Source: Chrysomallon squamiferum
Lineage: Eukaryota > Animalia > Mollusca
Assembly: GCA_012295275.1 (NCBI GenBank)
Contig: CM022667.1
Coordinates: 9,424,001-9,488,000 of the forward strand
Direction of reading: 5' to 3'
DNA: 64,000 nucleotides
Position numbers and translations under genes: made by a program. Positions 44,030 to 57,670 of this stretch are shown one piece after another (position 1 is the first letter of the stretch; every line of letters starts with the position of its first letter). The notes under the pieces are model-generated. The model was not told the origin of the DNA. It did not search any database and saw only the letters and a list, made by a program, of their open reading frames with translations.

Positions 44030-45067
44030 TCAGTGCACAAGAGTTCCACAACATCCGTCCTCGTGCTTGAGAAGCAGCGACATGCGGGAGAAAGTCTTGC
44101 TACAAGAACGACAACTGTACTTTTCACGTCGGAATGCGTCTGCAGATGCGCGCGCAGGTTCGACCTGTCCGCGAACGCCCTGCCGCAGTGCGGACACGTG
44201 AACGGCTTCTCCCCTGTGTGGGTGCGGATGTGCCCCTGGAGCAGCCAGGGCCGGGAGAAGGACTTCCCGCAGAGCTTGCACTTGCACGGCAGCGTGTGCG
44301 TCCGTATGTGCATCTTGAGAGCGCCCAGGGAGACGTACGTCTTCTCGCAGTACTTGCAGCTGAACTCTTTCTTCGTCTGCGACGTGCAGTGGAACTGCTT
44401 GTGCTTGGACAGCCCGCTGAACGTCGAGTAGCTCTTCTTGCACGAGTCGCACTGGTAGCGAATCGGCTCGTTCTCTTTGCTCTTCTTCTTGTCCGCGGAA
44501 ACGTCCATCTCGGAGGCGCTGCTGTTCTTCAACACCGAGTAGATGAGGACGCTGTCAAACGGAGACTTGTGCAGCCTCGATCCCAGTTCCATCTGCTCGG
44601 CGACCCGGTCCTCGAACACCGCCGCTTTACCCGCGTCGCCGTCTGGCGGCGAAAAATTCATCGGGTATCTCAGTCGGTGCATGAACGGAGGCGGAGGCAA
44701 GAATGGCGACCCTTTCAAAGATGGCGGAAGTTCTGCGTACGGGCGGAAGGAAAGTGGCGACTCCACCACCGGCCGCGGTACCGGCGGAACCGGAAATCCG
44801 TTCAGGAAGCGGAAGTTGAAGGGCAGGAAAGAATGGTGGTGCTGGAGGTTGTTCAGCAAGGACGGATGCCATGGAAACGGTTCTGGGATTCTCGGGGGTT
44901 CCGGCGGAGAGCCGCTCGGAGAACTGAGAGGCGGGCTGCTGCTGATGCTCCCGGGGGACGTGCTGGAACCGCGCCCAGGCGGCTCGAACAGGCGGGGAAC
45001 GATAACTTTTGGATGGACAGGAGTTATCTTTTCCTTCTGGTGAACTGGCTTTTTACTGATTCCAGTT
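44030..45067 (-). CDS. snail: Snail-family repressor B, coding exon 2 (S/P-rich region plus 5 zinc fingers); two apparent 1-bp deletions
   Basis: Acceptor ttctttctttcag precedes 45067. The frame reads [26 protein letters not shown]...[16 protein letters not shown]...[26 protein letters not shown]...[17 protein letters not shown]. The fifth finger [25 protein letters not shown] lies in the adjacent frame and ends at TGA 44032-44030. It needs +1 base at T5 45050-45054 and at T4 44121-44124; the corrected product is about 477 aa. Confidence 0.92.
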
Positions 45068-45415
45068 CTGAAAGAAAGAAAGAAAAAATAAAATTAATAA
45101 AATAAAATAAAGATTTATCGTGATACTGAATTTTAACATTTTTTGACTATTTGTTATTTTTTTTTTTTTTTTTTTTTTTAAATCATAGTAAACTGTTGTA
45201 ACAATAAATATAGATCCAGAAGCGAATGATAAATTTCAGAAAAGGGTCATATTATGATTCATATAGTTTTCAAAATGAAGCCTCTTGAATATTGTTATTA
45301 CACATATTTGTTAAAAGAAGCTAAAGGGTAAAATATAGCGTCTTGGCACTGTGTCCCACCCATTCCCAGACTAACCCCCTTAAATCTCAGACTCGTTCTG
45401 GTTAATGTCAATTTC

Positions 45416-45490
<75 letters not shown>

Positions 45491-45804
45491 CCTTGTTGTT
45501 TGTTGTTCTTGTTGTTAATGCTATTATTCTCATTACAAAAAAAAAAAAAACATATTCTAAATCAATAAACTAGACACCAACCTTTTCTAATAATGAAGTA
45601 TAACAACGAAAAAATAAAATGTGTACAGAGCGGGTTACATTTCTGTATTTCATTTAAATAATTTATCAGCATTGTATGATCAATAACATTAATAACACTG
45701 TGCAAAATTAAACTATTTTTTATTGTGTTAAGTCTGGGATGAGATTTATGGAGATTAATTACTACAATTATTACTGCGACTACGATTACAAATACGACGA
45801 TTCC

Positions 45805-46139
45805 TACCGGACCAGTTATCCGGCGTCCTGAAATCCGGAAAGACCAGAAAACCGGAAGTTTGTTTCCCGACGCTATTTTCATAGATCGCGCGCGCGGGTG
45901 TTGTCCTCACTAGACCGGAACTACTCTTTCAAGCCGCATGGCGTTCATTCACTCGCCGCATTGTTTACGTGTCGAGTCGCCACAATTGTGTATCGTCAAT
46001 TTTCTTTATGTTTTTAATTTTAAAATGTTTACGCCTAATTATTTACGTATTTAGATACGTTGCTACCAGAAAACCGGAAAATCCAGAAATCCGGAATGCT
46101 TCAGCCCCCAACGAGTCCGGATAATTGGACCGGTACCTG
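45805..46139. mobile_element. pogo/Tigger-like MITE in the snail-B intron
   Basis: Imperfect TIRs: taccggaccagttatccgg (45805) versus ccggataattggaccggtacctg|TA (ends 46139). Subterminal direct repeats ccagaaaaccggaa and gaaatccggaa. No ORF. Confidence 0.7.
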
Positions 46140-46158
46140 TACTACAATTTTAACTATA

Positions 46159-46219
46159 ATTAATATTCTACTACCACTGTCATTAATATTCTACTACCAC
46201 TGTCATTAATATTCTACTA
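46159..46219. repeat. 23-bp tandem repeat, about 2.6 copies
   Basis: attaatattctactaccactgtc at 46159, 46182 and 46205 (partial), next to the MITE end. Confidence 0.9.
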
Positions 46220-46273
46220 TTACTTGTATAACCACAGTCACTATTTCGTTTATCACTCTAACAATAGTTATAC

Positions 46274-46321
<48 letters not shown>

Positions 46322-46598
46322 TTTATTTATCATATTATGTTACCTTTTATTACTATTAGGTTTACCAGTAACTGTGTTTCAATTACGACAACTACTACTA
46401 CTACTACTACTACTACTACTGCTACTGTATTACCAATACCATAACATCTGCTACTACTACTACTGTTACTACTCCTTCTCCTACTACTACTACTACTACT
46501 ACCAGTATGTACTACCACTATAATATTAATATCAATATTAATACTATTACTACTAATATTACTAGTAGTACAACTGCTACTCATACTACTTATATTAT

Positions 46599-46633
<35 letters not shown>

Positions 46634-46824
46634 TTATACTACTGCTACTACTACTGCTACGTTTTCTGATAAACAGACTGTAACAACTACTGAAAACAGT
46701 TTTCTGAAACCGAATTAACAATAAAATGTCTTTCTGTATCATAAAAAGAATTAAAAATTTTAAAGGTAATAAAGTGGAAAAAACGATTAATAAACAGAAT
46801 TAACAATATTTTAAATGTCTTTAC

Positions 46825-47218
46825 CTGTATCATAAACTTCGTTCTTGCTGCTTTCCTCGCTAACAGGTGAAAAAGTTCTGTCATTTTCAGGTAAACTCGG
46901 GGTGTTGTCGTCGTCTTCTTCGTCTTCGTCATCACCATCATCATCGTCGTCCTCCACCACCCTCCACAGCGTTTTCTTACAGTCAACATCTGCCGTCTTG
47001 CACGGCGACCTCGTGCCCACGTCGATGCCGTCCTGGCCTACGTCGCACCGTTTAGCGCATTCCGCGTCCATTTCTCCGCGCTTGGCGGGTAAAACTGAGC
47101 CTGACGTCTGCTCTGTGTCACAGCAGACTCGTCCCACGTTCGACTCTCGTAAAGGGGCATGGTGAGGAATGTCCCCACCTCTGTCGCCCCTTTTCTTTAT
47201 AAGAAATGCCCGTGGCAT
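46825..47218 (-). CDS. snail: Snail-family transcriptional repressor B, coding exon 1 (SNAG plus acidic tract)
   Basis: MPRAFLIKKRG... SNAG start. 131 codons plus 1 nt, then donor ACAG|gtaaag at 46825/46824 (phase 1). Contains EDDDDDGDDEDEEDDD. Confidence 0.92.
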
Positions 47219-47459
47219 TGTCTTTCTTTTCTTTTTTTTTTTTTTTTTTGTTTGTTAAAGAAGAAACAGATAAAGAAAACACCGTTCTTAAATATCCATG
47301 TAAAACGAAATTCACAACAAAATATTCGGAAGATAGTTTTTTTTTTTTTTTTTGAAAATATTATTATTATTATTTTCTCACTTACTATCACGTCAAGGGT
47401 TTAAAAATATATGTCTATAATATTCTTGTCTATTTCCAGCAAGTGCTACATTAATAAAG

Positions 47460-47770
47460 AAATAAAGCCGTGACTGTAAGAAAACTTGTATAAATGCTCA
47501 ATCACGCCCTGTGTGGTTTGCTTTGTAGAAATCACTGCCGAGGACGCCAGCCAATCAGCGCCGTCGATCTGACACATCAACGTCCGCGCTCGTCCAATCG
47601 CTCGACGCGTTTCTCGGCTTCTTTCGACAAGCTCCGCCCACCGCATGCCTCGCGTTGATAAGCGCAGACACCGGGACAGGTGTTGGCGGGAGTAAGCACG
47701 CGAGCGGAACGCGCTACTGGCAAACCGATACTTACAAACGTATGATACACAAAAGCTCGAGGAATCGAAA
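47460..47770 (-). promoter_or_regulatory. Putative snail-B proximal promoter (CpG-rich; two CCAAT boxes, GC box, Snail E-box)
   Basis: CCAAT at 47551 and 47594, CCGCCCA at 47634, CAGGTG at 47677. The region lies about 240-550 bp upstream of the ATG. Confidence 0.6.
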
Positions 47771-48120
47771 AGTACTTGACATGTTATTTGATACGTTTAT
47801 GTTTGAAAGCTTAAAAATTATATTGTTTTCAAAGTGTACAGTGTTGCATACGAAAAACATATACAGAAAGTATTTAGACAGACACACACACACACAAATA
47901 CACACAGACAAAGACATAAATAATTATTTGTTTTTAAAAAAGGAATAAAAGGAAGATGAAGAAGATGATGAAGAAAGAAAGAAAGAAAGAAAAGGAATTT
48001 CTGTGATTTAATGCATGGATTGCGGTAGACAGTTATTTGTCAAACTGATATCTTTTTGTGTGTGTGTGTATTTAAAACGAAATTAGTAACAAAGAAAAAC
48101 AATTAACGGATTAAATATAT

Positions 48121-48204
<84 letters not shown>

Positions 48205-48329
48205 GTATATATATATACATATATATATATATAATCATGAAAAACAATGTATCTTTAAAATATTAATTTATAATTATTTCATTTATTCACAATGGTCATG
48301 ATATTTCTCTGTCTTCTTTTCTTCTTCTT

Positions 48330-48388
<59 letters not shown>

Positions 48389-49284
48389 TACTACTACTAC
48401 TACTACTGTTGCTAGTATCGTTACTGGTATTATTATTGTTGTTGTTGTTGTTGTTGTTGTTGATGATGATGATAATCATTGCTGCTACTGCTGTTTTTCT
48501 TCTTATTATTATTATTCTTGTTTTTTAGTGGTTGTTTTTGTTGTTGTCATTATTATTAAAAATGTATTTATAATATATTTTTTATGTCATTTCAATATTT
48601 ATAAATGTATATTATTTATAAATTAAAAATCCTTCTTATGATTTTCTCCTTGAACAAAATAATTTAAAATTTATTTTTTAATATTACTTAATAAAATATA
48701 AATTAGTTTATTTCGGAAGATCTTTTTTATTATCATTATTTTCTAAATTCTGTTTGTTGTTGTTAATTTTATTTTTATTCCTATTTATTTTAATACATAA
48801 ATAAACATTAATTAAACTATTCAGAACCATTAACTGGAACAAAAACTAAAACAAAATGTAATTAATTAAAAAATATATTTATATTTTACTGTTCTTTCTC
48901 TTGTTGTTGTTCTTCTTCGTCTTATTATTATAGGAATTTTAACTGACGTCAAAAGTACAAAGCTAAGTCGGGACCTTTGAAATGTGTAACTTTATATAAC
49001 AATCTATTTCTGCAGACATAGCAGTGCATTTTATTGCTGTTTATATCGAATCAATTTCACAGCGGAATTTTTCAAAACTGTCACATATTTCAAGGCTATT
49101 TCTAAGAACAGTAACAAAAGTACAGATGTGTAAGTCAGTCGAATACTGAGAGCAAACAGCAGTTCCGAGGAAAATGTATTCTTTTTTATTTTTATTTATT
49201 TATTTATTTATTTTTGATGTTTTTTGTGCATGAATATTGGGTCTGACATTTTGTTTCACGTTTATTATTATATATATATATATA

Positions 49285-49315
<31 letters not shown>

Positions 49316-49516
49316 TGTTTTATTTCCACTTGTTCTTTTCAATTATTTATTTAGCAGTAGAAAAACAATTGCGTTTATCAAACGATATTATGACGTAACG
49401 TTGTTTAATTGAAAATGACAACCACTGCAAGTTTGTATAAAAAATTTTTTATTGTTTCTGTCGTTGTCACTGTCATTATTGTTGTTGTTGATTTTGTTAT
49501 TATGATGATGATGATG

Positions 49517-49567
<51 letters not shown>

Positions 49568-49834
49568 TCCTGTTTTTCATGATAACATTGTCACTGTTGT
49601 TGTTGCTAATGTTGTACATCTATGTAATGACGTAATGTCGTATTTTTTTCTATGTTGTCTGATTAAAAATAAAAACTACACAGATTTTATGAAAAGAAAA
49701 ACAAATATTTGTCTCTATTGTTTTTTTGTTCTTTGTTGTTTTCATTATTATCATTATTATCAACAACATCATCATCATTATTTATTTATTTATGTATTTA
49801 TTTATTTATTTTTATTTTTATTTTATTTTATTGT

Positions 49835-49866
<32 letters not shown>

Positions 49867-50113
49867 ATTATCATCATCATCAATATTATAATTATCATTC
49901 CGATTTTTTACTACTATTTTAGTTACAGATGTTATTGTTTTCTTATTATAAAACGATCTGTTTCATTTTCATTGTCATAATTGTGATGATTATGATGATT
50001 TTATTATTGCTGTTGTTTTTATGGCTATTATTATTACTATATTATTACTACTACTACTACTACTACTATTATTATTACTACTACTATTACTACTACTACT
50101 ACTATTACTACTA

Positions 50114-50151
<38 letters not shown>

Positions 50152-50484
50152 TTCGCAATACACTGTCAGAACGAGGCAGTAAACAACTGGAGATTATTTT
50201 GACTGCCACGTCTATTAAACCGTTCTCATCTGAGTACACAAGCTCGTGCAAATGGCGCATTTCCGCACGTGCGATTGTTTATTTACTTGTAAATAACTTC
50301 GTTCAACCGTTACCTGTAATTCACAAATTTGCCACTTCACGCTCTACATCACCATTTAGCAATACACAAGAATTTGCCTCTCACCTGCGGAATGTCACGT
50401 TTTTATTGTTTATTTAATGCCCCCCTCTCTCCCCAATTTTTTTTTTATACACTGAACTAAGAGTGACAAATGGTGTCATTAATG

Positions 50485-50536
<52 letters not shown>

Positions 50537-50877
50537 GTTGTTGTTGTTGTTGTTTTGTATTTTTCTCGTTGTCTTCTTCTTCTTCTTTTTTACCCTCTTT
50601 CTTTAAATTTTGTTTCTGGTTTTGTTTTTGTTTTGTTTTTTCCCCTTTTTTATTTTTCACCTTCATTCACTGTCTACTATTTCTTTTCTCTTTTTTTTTC
50701 TTTCTTTCTTTCTTTTCTTTCTTTCTTTCTGTTTTCTTTTTTTTCTTTTCTCTTTTCATTTTCATATTTTATTCTTTTTCTTCTTCTTCTTCCATTTATT
50801 TTTTATTATTATTATTATTTCTCTTATGTTTTTCGTCTTTCTTTCTTTCTTTCTTTCTTTTTTTAATTTTATTTTAC

Positions 50878-50933
<56 letters not shown>

Positions 50934-51396
50934 TCGTCTGAAACACTGTAGCATTTTCCAGTCATCTGTTCTTTGTTTACCCAGGTTGTGTTCTGAGAAG
51001 ACTTTCATCCACAAACATCAAAAATTTTTTGAGCGTGCTAAATGTCGCATGAACATCTTAATGTTCTGTGAGAGGGGGGGGACGTCACGGCGTTCTCTGG
51101 AGGGGTGGGGGAGACGAAGCGTAAAAATATGTGAAACAATCAAACTGCAAAATTCAGGACAGTTTTTTTATAGTTTTTTTTTTTTTTTTTCCCCACAAAA
51201 ATAATAATAATAACCCTAACATGTGGTTGTCATAACATAGCAGCAGAAGCAGTAGTGGTCGTTGTTGCTAACCTTGTTGTAGTAGTAGTAGTAGCAGTAT
51301 AGGAGGAGAAGTAGTGATAATAGGATAAGTAAAGAAAAGTCTTAGTGACAGCAACAGTAGTAGTAATAGTAGCAGTAGTAGTAGCACCAGTAATAT

Positions 51397-51504
<108 letters not shown>

Positions 51505-52474
51505 TTTATAAGTTTATGACCATATGGATTGGCTGGTTTAGGTGATTTCAAATATTTCAAACAAAACTTGACTTATTTAACATTGGATAACAGTATCACA
51601 AGTGGACTACAATAAAGAAAACAGGCCTCCGTGCTTTAAAGAAATTAAATCAGTCTTCTAACAGAACCGTTAATTTCATAGGAAATCACGAAAATACGTT
51701 ACTTGCTATGCTAATTAAAACCACACTTAGACTGGTGCACACTCGCACACTCTCCGGTAAACCACACCACACCACACGGCGTAACACATGCTTGGGAAAC
51801 AAGTGTTATCCATTTTGTCCTACTGTCTTTATTTTTTTTTCTTTCTTTTTTTTTTTTTTTTTTTTTTTTTAACTCCGCAGTTTACCGCGCACCGTCGGAA
51901 CGTCAAAACCGTTTTTATTGTTCCTAATTGCTTTCATGAACGCGCCAGCTCGTAAAAACGATATAAAGTCGCGAAAAGCGGTTCTACACCCTCGGTATAT
52001 ATTTACACAACTGCCTGTACGTTGTTGGTTTGTTTAGAAATGTGTTTTTTTTATTTTTGACTGTTTAGCCATGGACGGCATTCCTGCCTGTGAGGAAAAC
52101 CCTTCTCGTCCATGGGACAGTAAATGAACGTGCAAACAGTGCGAAACGCTAAACAAACTCCGCCGTCTTGGCGTTCTCAAAGCTAAAAAGACAGTTAAGG
52201 AAAAAATTAAAGCCACACACAGACCGGCCATACAATATTACATGTGTGAGGCAGATTAACGCGGATTAACGCGACGGACAGATAATCTCTTAACGGATCT
52301 TTTTCTCATTTGAACTCCGGGCAGTTTTTTTAACCTTCGGGTTGTGACGAGGGCCTGATTTGGGTTCAGGAAATAATTGTGTGCGAGTTTAAAATTCTGT
52401 AAATGTTCGATATTTGGTTTGTTATTTGGCTCGGTATAATTATTTTAATATGTTATTAATCTCAGTTTGGTTTC

Positions 52475-52515
<41 letters not shown>

Positions 52516-53155
52516 TTTAATAATAATCATAATAATAATAGTTATTATAATAATTGTAATGCCACCTGTATGACAGTAATTACAATAAAACCAACAACAA
52601 TTTATTATTGTAGCGTCAACGCCAACATCAGTGCTATCACCATACCCCAAAAAGGACAACAACAACAACAGTAATAAGAATAATAAAAAGGACAATAACA
52701 TTAACAACAACAACAACAACAATAATATTAATAATAATAATGACAATAACAACAACAAAAACAATAACTCTTTCATTTGATTTATATAAACATTATGCGA
52801 CAGTTTATTTATTCATTCATTTAGTAATTAACCATTTTTATTATTTATTTATTTATTTATTTATGATTATGCATTAAACTTTGTGAAACTTTATTTTATT
52901 TTATTTTATTTCTTTTCTTTCTTTTTGCTTTTTATTGTCATCATGATCATCATTTTCGTTTTCATTTTTATTTATGAGTATTTTTACCCAGTTAAAAAAA
53001 AGTAAATAAAATATAGTAAATAAAATGAAATAAAATATAGTAAATAAAATGAAATAAAATAAAATAAAATAGATAGATAGATAGATAGATAAATAAATAA
53101 ATACATTCTACACAAAAATAATAAATAAAATAATAAATAAACAAAAAAAGAAGAA

Positions 53156-53195
<40 letters not shown>

Positions 53196-54908
53196 AAAGA
53201 AGAAAGTAAAAAAAAGAAGAAGAAATACAGAAAGAAAATTCCAACAAATCAACAATGAAAAAAAATTCATAATTATCCTCATAAAAAAAAAATAAAAAAA
53301 GTAGAAGAACGACAGCTATTCCAACCATTTGATTTGCACAAATAAACGTCATAATATCCCGCTGCCTTAAAAGGGCCTCAGCGAGTACTCAACCTGCCCC
53401 ACACCTTGTTCAGTTTGGTCTCGTAGTCATAAAGTCAACGTTTTGGGGAAAACCGTGATTAGCGGAATCCCATCAAACTGTTATTACAAAAACCAACACA
53501 TGTCCACGCAAACGCAACAGAACAATGGCCGCAGTGTCTCGCGCGAAGCCCCGCCCACTCCGAGAATTCCGGCCCGTAAATCCAGCAGACGACCAGAAAA
53601 GAAAAAAAAGCCAGATAAACAAAATATAAAGTGTTCGCTCGGTGCCTTCTTTTGAACCGGGGATGCAAAACACTTAGAAAATGTTTTCTAAATTCGATAA
53701 TCTTTAGACCTGCTTAAGAGAGGGGGTTAATATTCATGGGGGGGAGGCAGGAATCCCACGAGAAAAATAAAGCAGGAAAAATATGTCTTTGTTTTGCTGA
53801 TGTTGGTTTTTTGTTGCCTTTCTTTTTAGCTTGAATTCCATTTTTGTCTTCTTTTTTTGTTTTCCTTGTACCGTTTTTTTCAGTTTTAATTTGTGTTTAT
53901 CTTTTAACTTCTTTTTCTTTCTTTCTATCTTTCTGTCTTTCTTTCTTTCTTTATTTCTTAGTATTATAGTAAGTATATTATAATAAAGGCAGTAGTTCTA
54001 GCAGTAGCAGTAGCTTTTGCTGTTGTAATTAATAGTAGTGTTGATGATGGTGATATTAGCAGTAATAACAGCAGCAACAACAACAGTAGTAGTAGTAGAG
54101 TAGTAGTAGTAGTAGTAGTAATAGTAGTAGTAGCAGCAGCAGCAGCAGCAGAACCAACAAGAGTGATAATGATAAAATATATTGACAGTATTAGCAGCAG
54201 CATAAATAAATAAAATCCAAGAGAAAGTATCATTGCGTAATAACTCTAGAAACTCAATTACTATGACAACGTTACGTCACTGACTCGCTTTATGACGCAA
54301 TGTTTACACTTGCCATTACGGTCGTGCGGCCAATTTGTGATAATCTGATTCGCGAGACCGCGTTTGTCTTCTTCTTACTTTTCTTTTTGAAATCAGCAGC
54401 ACGCGGCGGGCCGTGCAGTCATATTCGTGTACACCGAGCGGGAAAAAAAAAACTGTAATAAAACGCTCCACGCCACGCCCGACTGGTTCCCCGGTTTCCC
54501 GCTTGCTTTCTTTTCTCGTAAACGAGGCTGTATGGATTAAGGCACGTGCACCATGCGCGACAAAACTCGCGTGACGCCACTTCTGATAAACCCCAACCCA
54601 CGGAGGGTGGCACAAATCATTAACCCGCCTAAACGACTGTTTAAACTCCCCCCCCCACCCCAACCTCCACCAAAATAAAATCCGATTGTAGTTTCGATGG
54701 TTACATAAATCATGGTGGTGTATTTATTAGATTTGCAATTCCAGCATGCGGTCACACGTGTCTTTACGTCCGCGGGTTAGCGGCTCCGCTGTGACGTTAC
54801 AGGGAACCACGCAATCATTGCGTCTGACGCGAAGCGGCACGTGCGCTACCAAACGACGGTTCTAAAAATAGAACTGTGTTTTCTTTTTCTTCCTATCTTT
54901 TCTTTCTT

Positions 54909-54955
<47 letters not shown>

Positions 54956-55202
54956 TCTTTCTTTCTTCTATTTTATTTATTTATTTTTCTTCTTCTTCTT
55001 TTCTTTTTTCTAACAAATTGTTTTCTTTATTCCTTATGTTTATTTATTAATGTAGTAGTAGTAGTAGTAGTAGTAGTAGTAACAACTGTATAATAATAGT
55101 AGCTGTAATAACAGAAAGTATTGTAATAGCAGTAACAGTGGTAATAATAGCACGTCTTAGTGATAATACTGGTGTCAGGAGCAGTAATTGTAGTAGTAGC
55201 AA

Positions 55203-55447
55203 TAGTTAGTAGTAGTAGTAGTAGCAAAAATAATAGTAGTAGTAGTAGTGGTAGTAATAGTAGTATTAATAATAATAGTAGCAGTAGTAGTAGCTGTAGT
55301 TAGTAGTAGTAGTAGTAGCAAAAATAATAGTAGTAGTAGTAGTGGTAGTAATAGTAGTATTAATAATAATAGTAGCAGTAGTAGTAGCTGTAGTTAGTAG
55401 TAGTAGTAGTAGCAAAAATAGTAGTAGTAGTAGTGGTAGTAATAGTA
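55203..55447. repeat. 94-bp higher-order repeat built from (TAG)n/(TAA)n microsatellite
   Basis: The marker gcaaaaata recurs at 55224, 55318 and 55412 with identical intervening interruptions. Confidence 0.85.
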
Positions 55448-56862
55448 ATAGTAGTAGTAGTAGTTGTAGTGGTAGCAAAAGTAATAGTAATAGTAGTAGT
55501 AGTAGTTGTAGTGATAGTGGTAGTGGTAGGCGTAATAACAGGAACAGTAGTAGTAGTATTTTGTCGTGGATGTAACAGTATCAGTAGGAGCAGCACTTTT
55601 AACAGATTTTGTAGCCACTGTTGTTGTTGTTGTTGTTGTTGTAATAACAGTAGTAATAGTGCTGACTGGTTTGTACAAGTTATAGTTATTAAATCGTAAA
55701 CAACGGCAGTATTTGTAGATAGTTATAAATTATCGGCATCGGTGATGCTAAACAAATAAACAAAAAAGATTATGTTCAGAATCAATATCAGTAATTTGTT
55801 ATTGATTATTTTTCGACTGGCGTTGCTGTTTTGTTTTCTTTTCTTTTCTTTATCGACTGGCATTTGACAAATGTTTGTGTTTTATTCCGCTCCACTGTTT
55901 TTGAGTGTGTACACCACCACGTATTTTGGTTTTACACGTGTTTACAGCTGGAATCCATTGCCATCCGTGTTCTCTGGAAACCCGTTATCTGGGAGGACTT
56001 AAACTCTGGGGTTTTGTCTCGTCTGTTCCTTGTTTGTGGTATTTGTCGCTGGAACACGGCGCCTCGTAGCGGCCTTTGAACGCGATAAGGGTATCGTGTT
56101 TATCACATGTTTAAATCGTTTCTGACCGTGTGACGTCGACCCGCCTAATCTTCGGCACGAGCTGGTGTTGAGTAATGGCCAGATCTCATTAAGACGTCAT
56201 CACAGGGGCTAATCGGCTGTAAACGATGTTTGACGAAAATCGCGAACAGCCAAACAATCAGAGCGACGCGTAGATGGACGGCGATAACGAGGCTGAACGA
56301 GCGGCGAACGAGCGGCGATAATTCCCGAGGTAAATCCTCGGCAGAAGCCGGCTAATGTCGAAGTCGTAATTCATCGTGTAGATAGCATCATCTATGAATA
56401 AAGATTGCCGCTCGATGGGGTTTTTGTGTTTAGCTTGAGCCGCGATTTCTGACTACAGAACGCCGACGTGATGTCAAGTTGTAGTTAAGTTCGTCTTGAC
56501 AGTCCTCAGATCGTTAGATCGATTCATTTCAGCAGTTGCTTGACGTTATTTTACCGCTTCGCAAGTACAGAGAGAGAAAAAAATGTTATTTCCAAAAATG
56601 ATTAGGACCGTCAGTGATTTAAAAACGATTTTAAAACTGACATGAGACGAAGATGCCTGTCCTGGGCAAAAAAAAAAAAAAAAAAAAAAAAAAATTGTTA
56701 GTTATTTTAGTAGACTGAATCTTAGACAGGATTTAGAAATAAGTTAAACATGATATCTCTTAAAGCTCAGTCCGAAAGATCTTCCCAAAATTTGCGTCAC
56801 TGATATTAATCTAAGAAAAATGAGTAAAAGCGTTTGGTAGCTGAAATACACAAGACTTCATT

Positions 56863-56931
56863 AGCTGACACTGTGACGTAATTTAATTATTGACGTCATT
56901 TAGACATTTCGGAACTCTTCGGCCGCTTTCG
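56863..56931 (-). repeat. Dispersed ~70-bp repeat, copy 3 (inverted)
   Basis: Reverse complement reads cgaaagcggccgaagagttccgaaatgtctaaatgacgtcaataattaaattacgtcacagtgtcagct. Confidence 0.8.
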
Positions 56932-57407
56932 AAAATGGGCTGTTGTTCTATGATGATATCCTTCTGTCTTTATTATTATCACTATTTTGATTGTTGTTGT
57001 TGTTATTGTTGTTATTGCTGCTGCTCCTACTGCTTTTGGTTATTTATTTTTTTATTTTTTTATTGCGTATGTAAAATTATGTGTTAGATATGCACCATTT
57101 GTATAATATTATGTTTATGCGTTTGCGTATGTTGATAAAACAACAACAATAAGCAATCGATACGGACTAAAACGTCTGTAACAACGACGTCAATAATTAA
57201 ACCAGGGCACAAAGGGCGATGTTGAAGGTTTTTCCATTCAGGCCGACAACTTGAAAATTAAAGGTAAGAATTTATTTATTTATTTATTTTATTTTATTTT
57301 ATTTTATTATTATTTTTTTATTATTTTTTTTTTTCTTGTACCTTCTTCTGGTTCTGTAATAATATCAGAATGACAAAACGTGGTATAATAATCAAGGTTC
57401 TTATATT

Positions 57408-57459
<52 letters not shown>

Positions 57460-57631
57460 CAACAACAACAATAGTAATAGTAGTAGTAGTAATATTATTA
57501 GTAGTAGTAGCAGTTGTAGTAGTAGTAGTAATATAAATGTTATTATCGTACTTTTCTTCTTTTTCTTCATCTTCTTCTTCTTCTTATTATTATTATTATC
57601 ATCATCATCATTTTTGTTGTTATTACTATAA

Positions 57632-57670
<39 letters not shown>

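Larger units (their letters stand above)
45068..46824 (-). other. Intron 1 of snail-B (1757 bp, GT-AG)
   Basis: gtaaag donor and pyrimidine-rich cag acceptor on the minus strand. Contains a MITE and microsatellites. Confidence 0.85.

Noticed and set aside
44121-45054. Programmed -1 ribosomal frameshifting or pseudogene status
   Set aside because: No canonical X XXY YYZ slippery heptamer. The lesions are homopolymer -1 deletions with otherwise intact conservation, so sequencing error is more parsimonious.
44134-45105. 323-aa + strand ORF (and 44033-44431, 44543-45043) antisense to snail-B
   Set aside because: Shadow ORFs caused by GC-rich codon usage of the real minus-strand exon; no recognisable domain or promoter.
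54265-54305. Short hairpins (aacgttacgtca...tgacgcaatgtt; also CGCCTAAT...ATTAGGCG at 59774-59798) as pre-miRNA or ncRNA
   Set aside because: Stems are too short for a pre-miRNA and match no tRNA, snRNA or miRNA I recognise; better explained as paired TF sites or chance.
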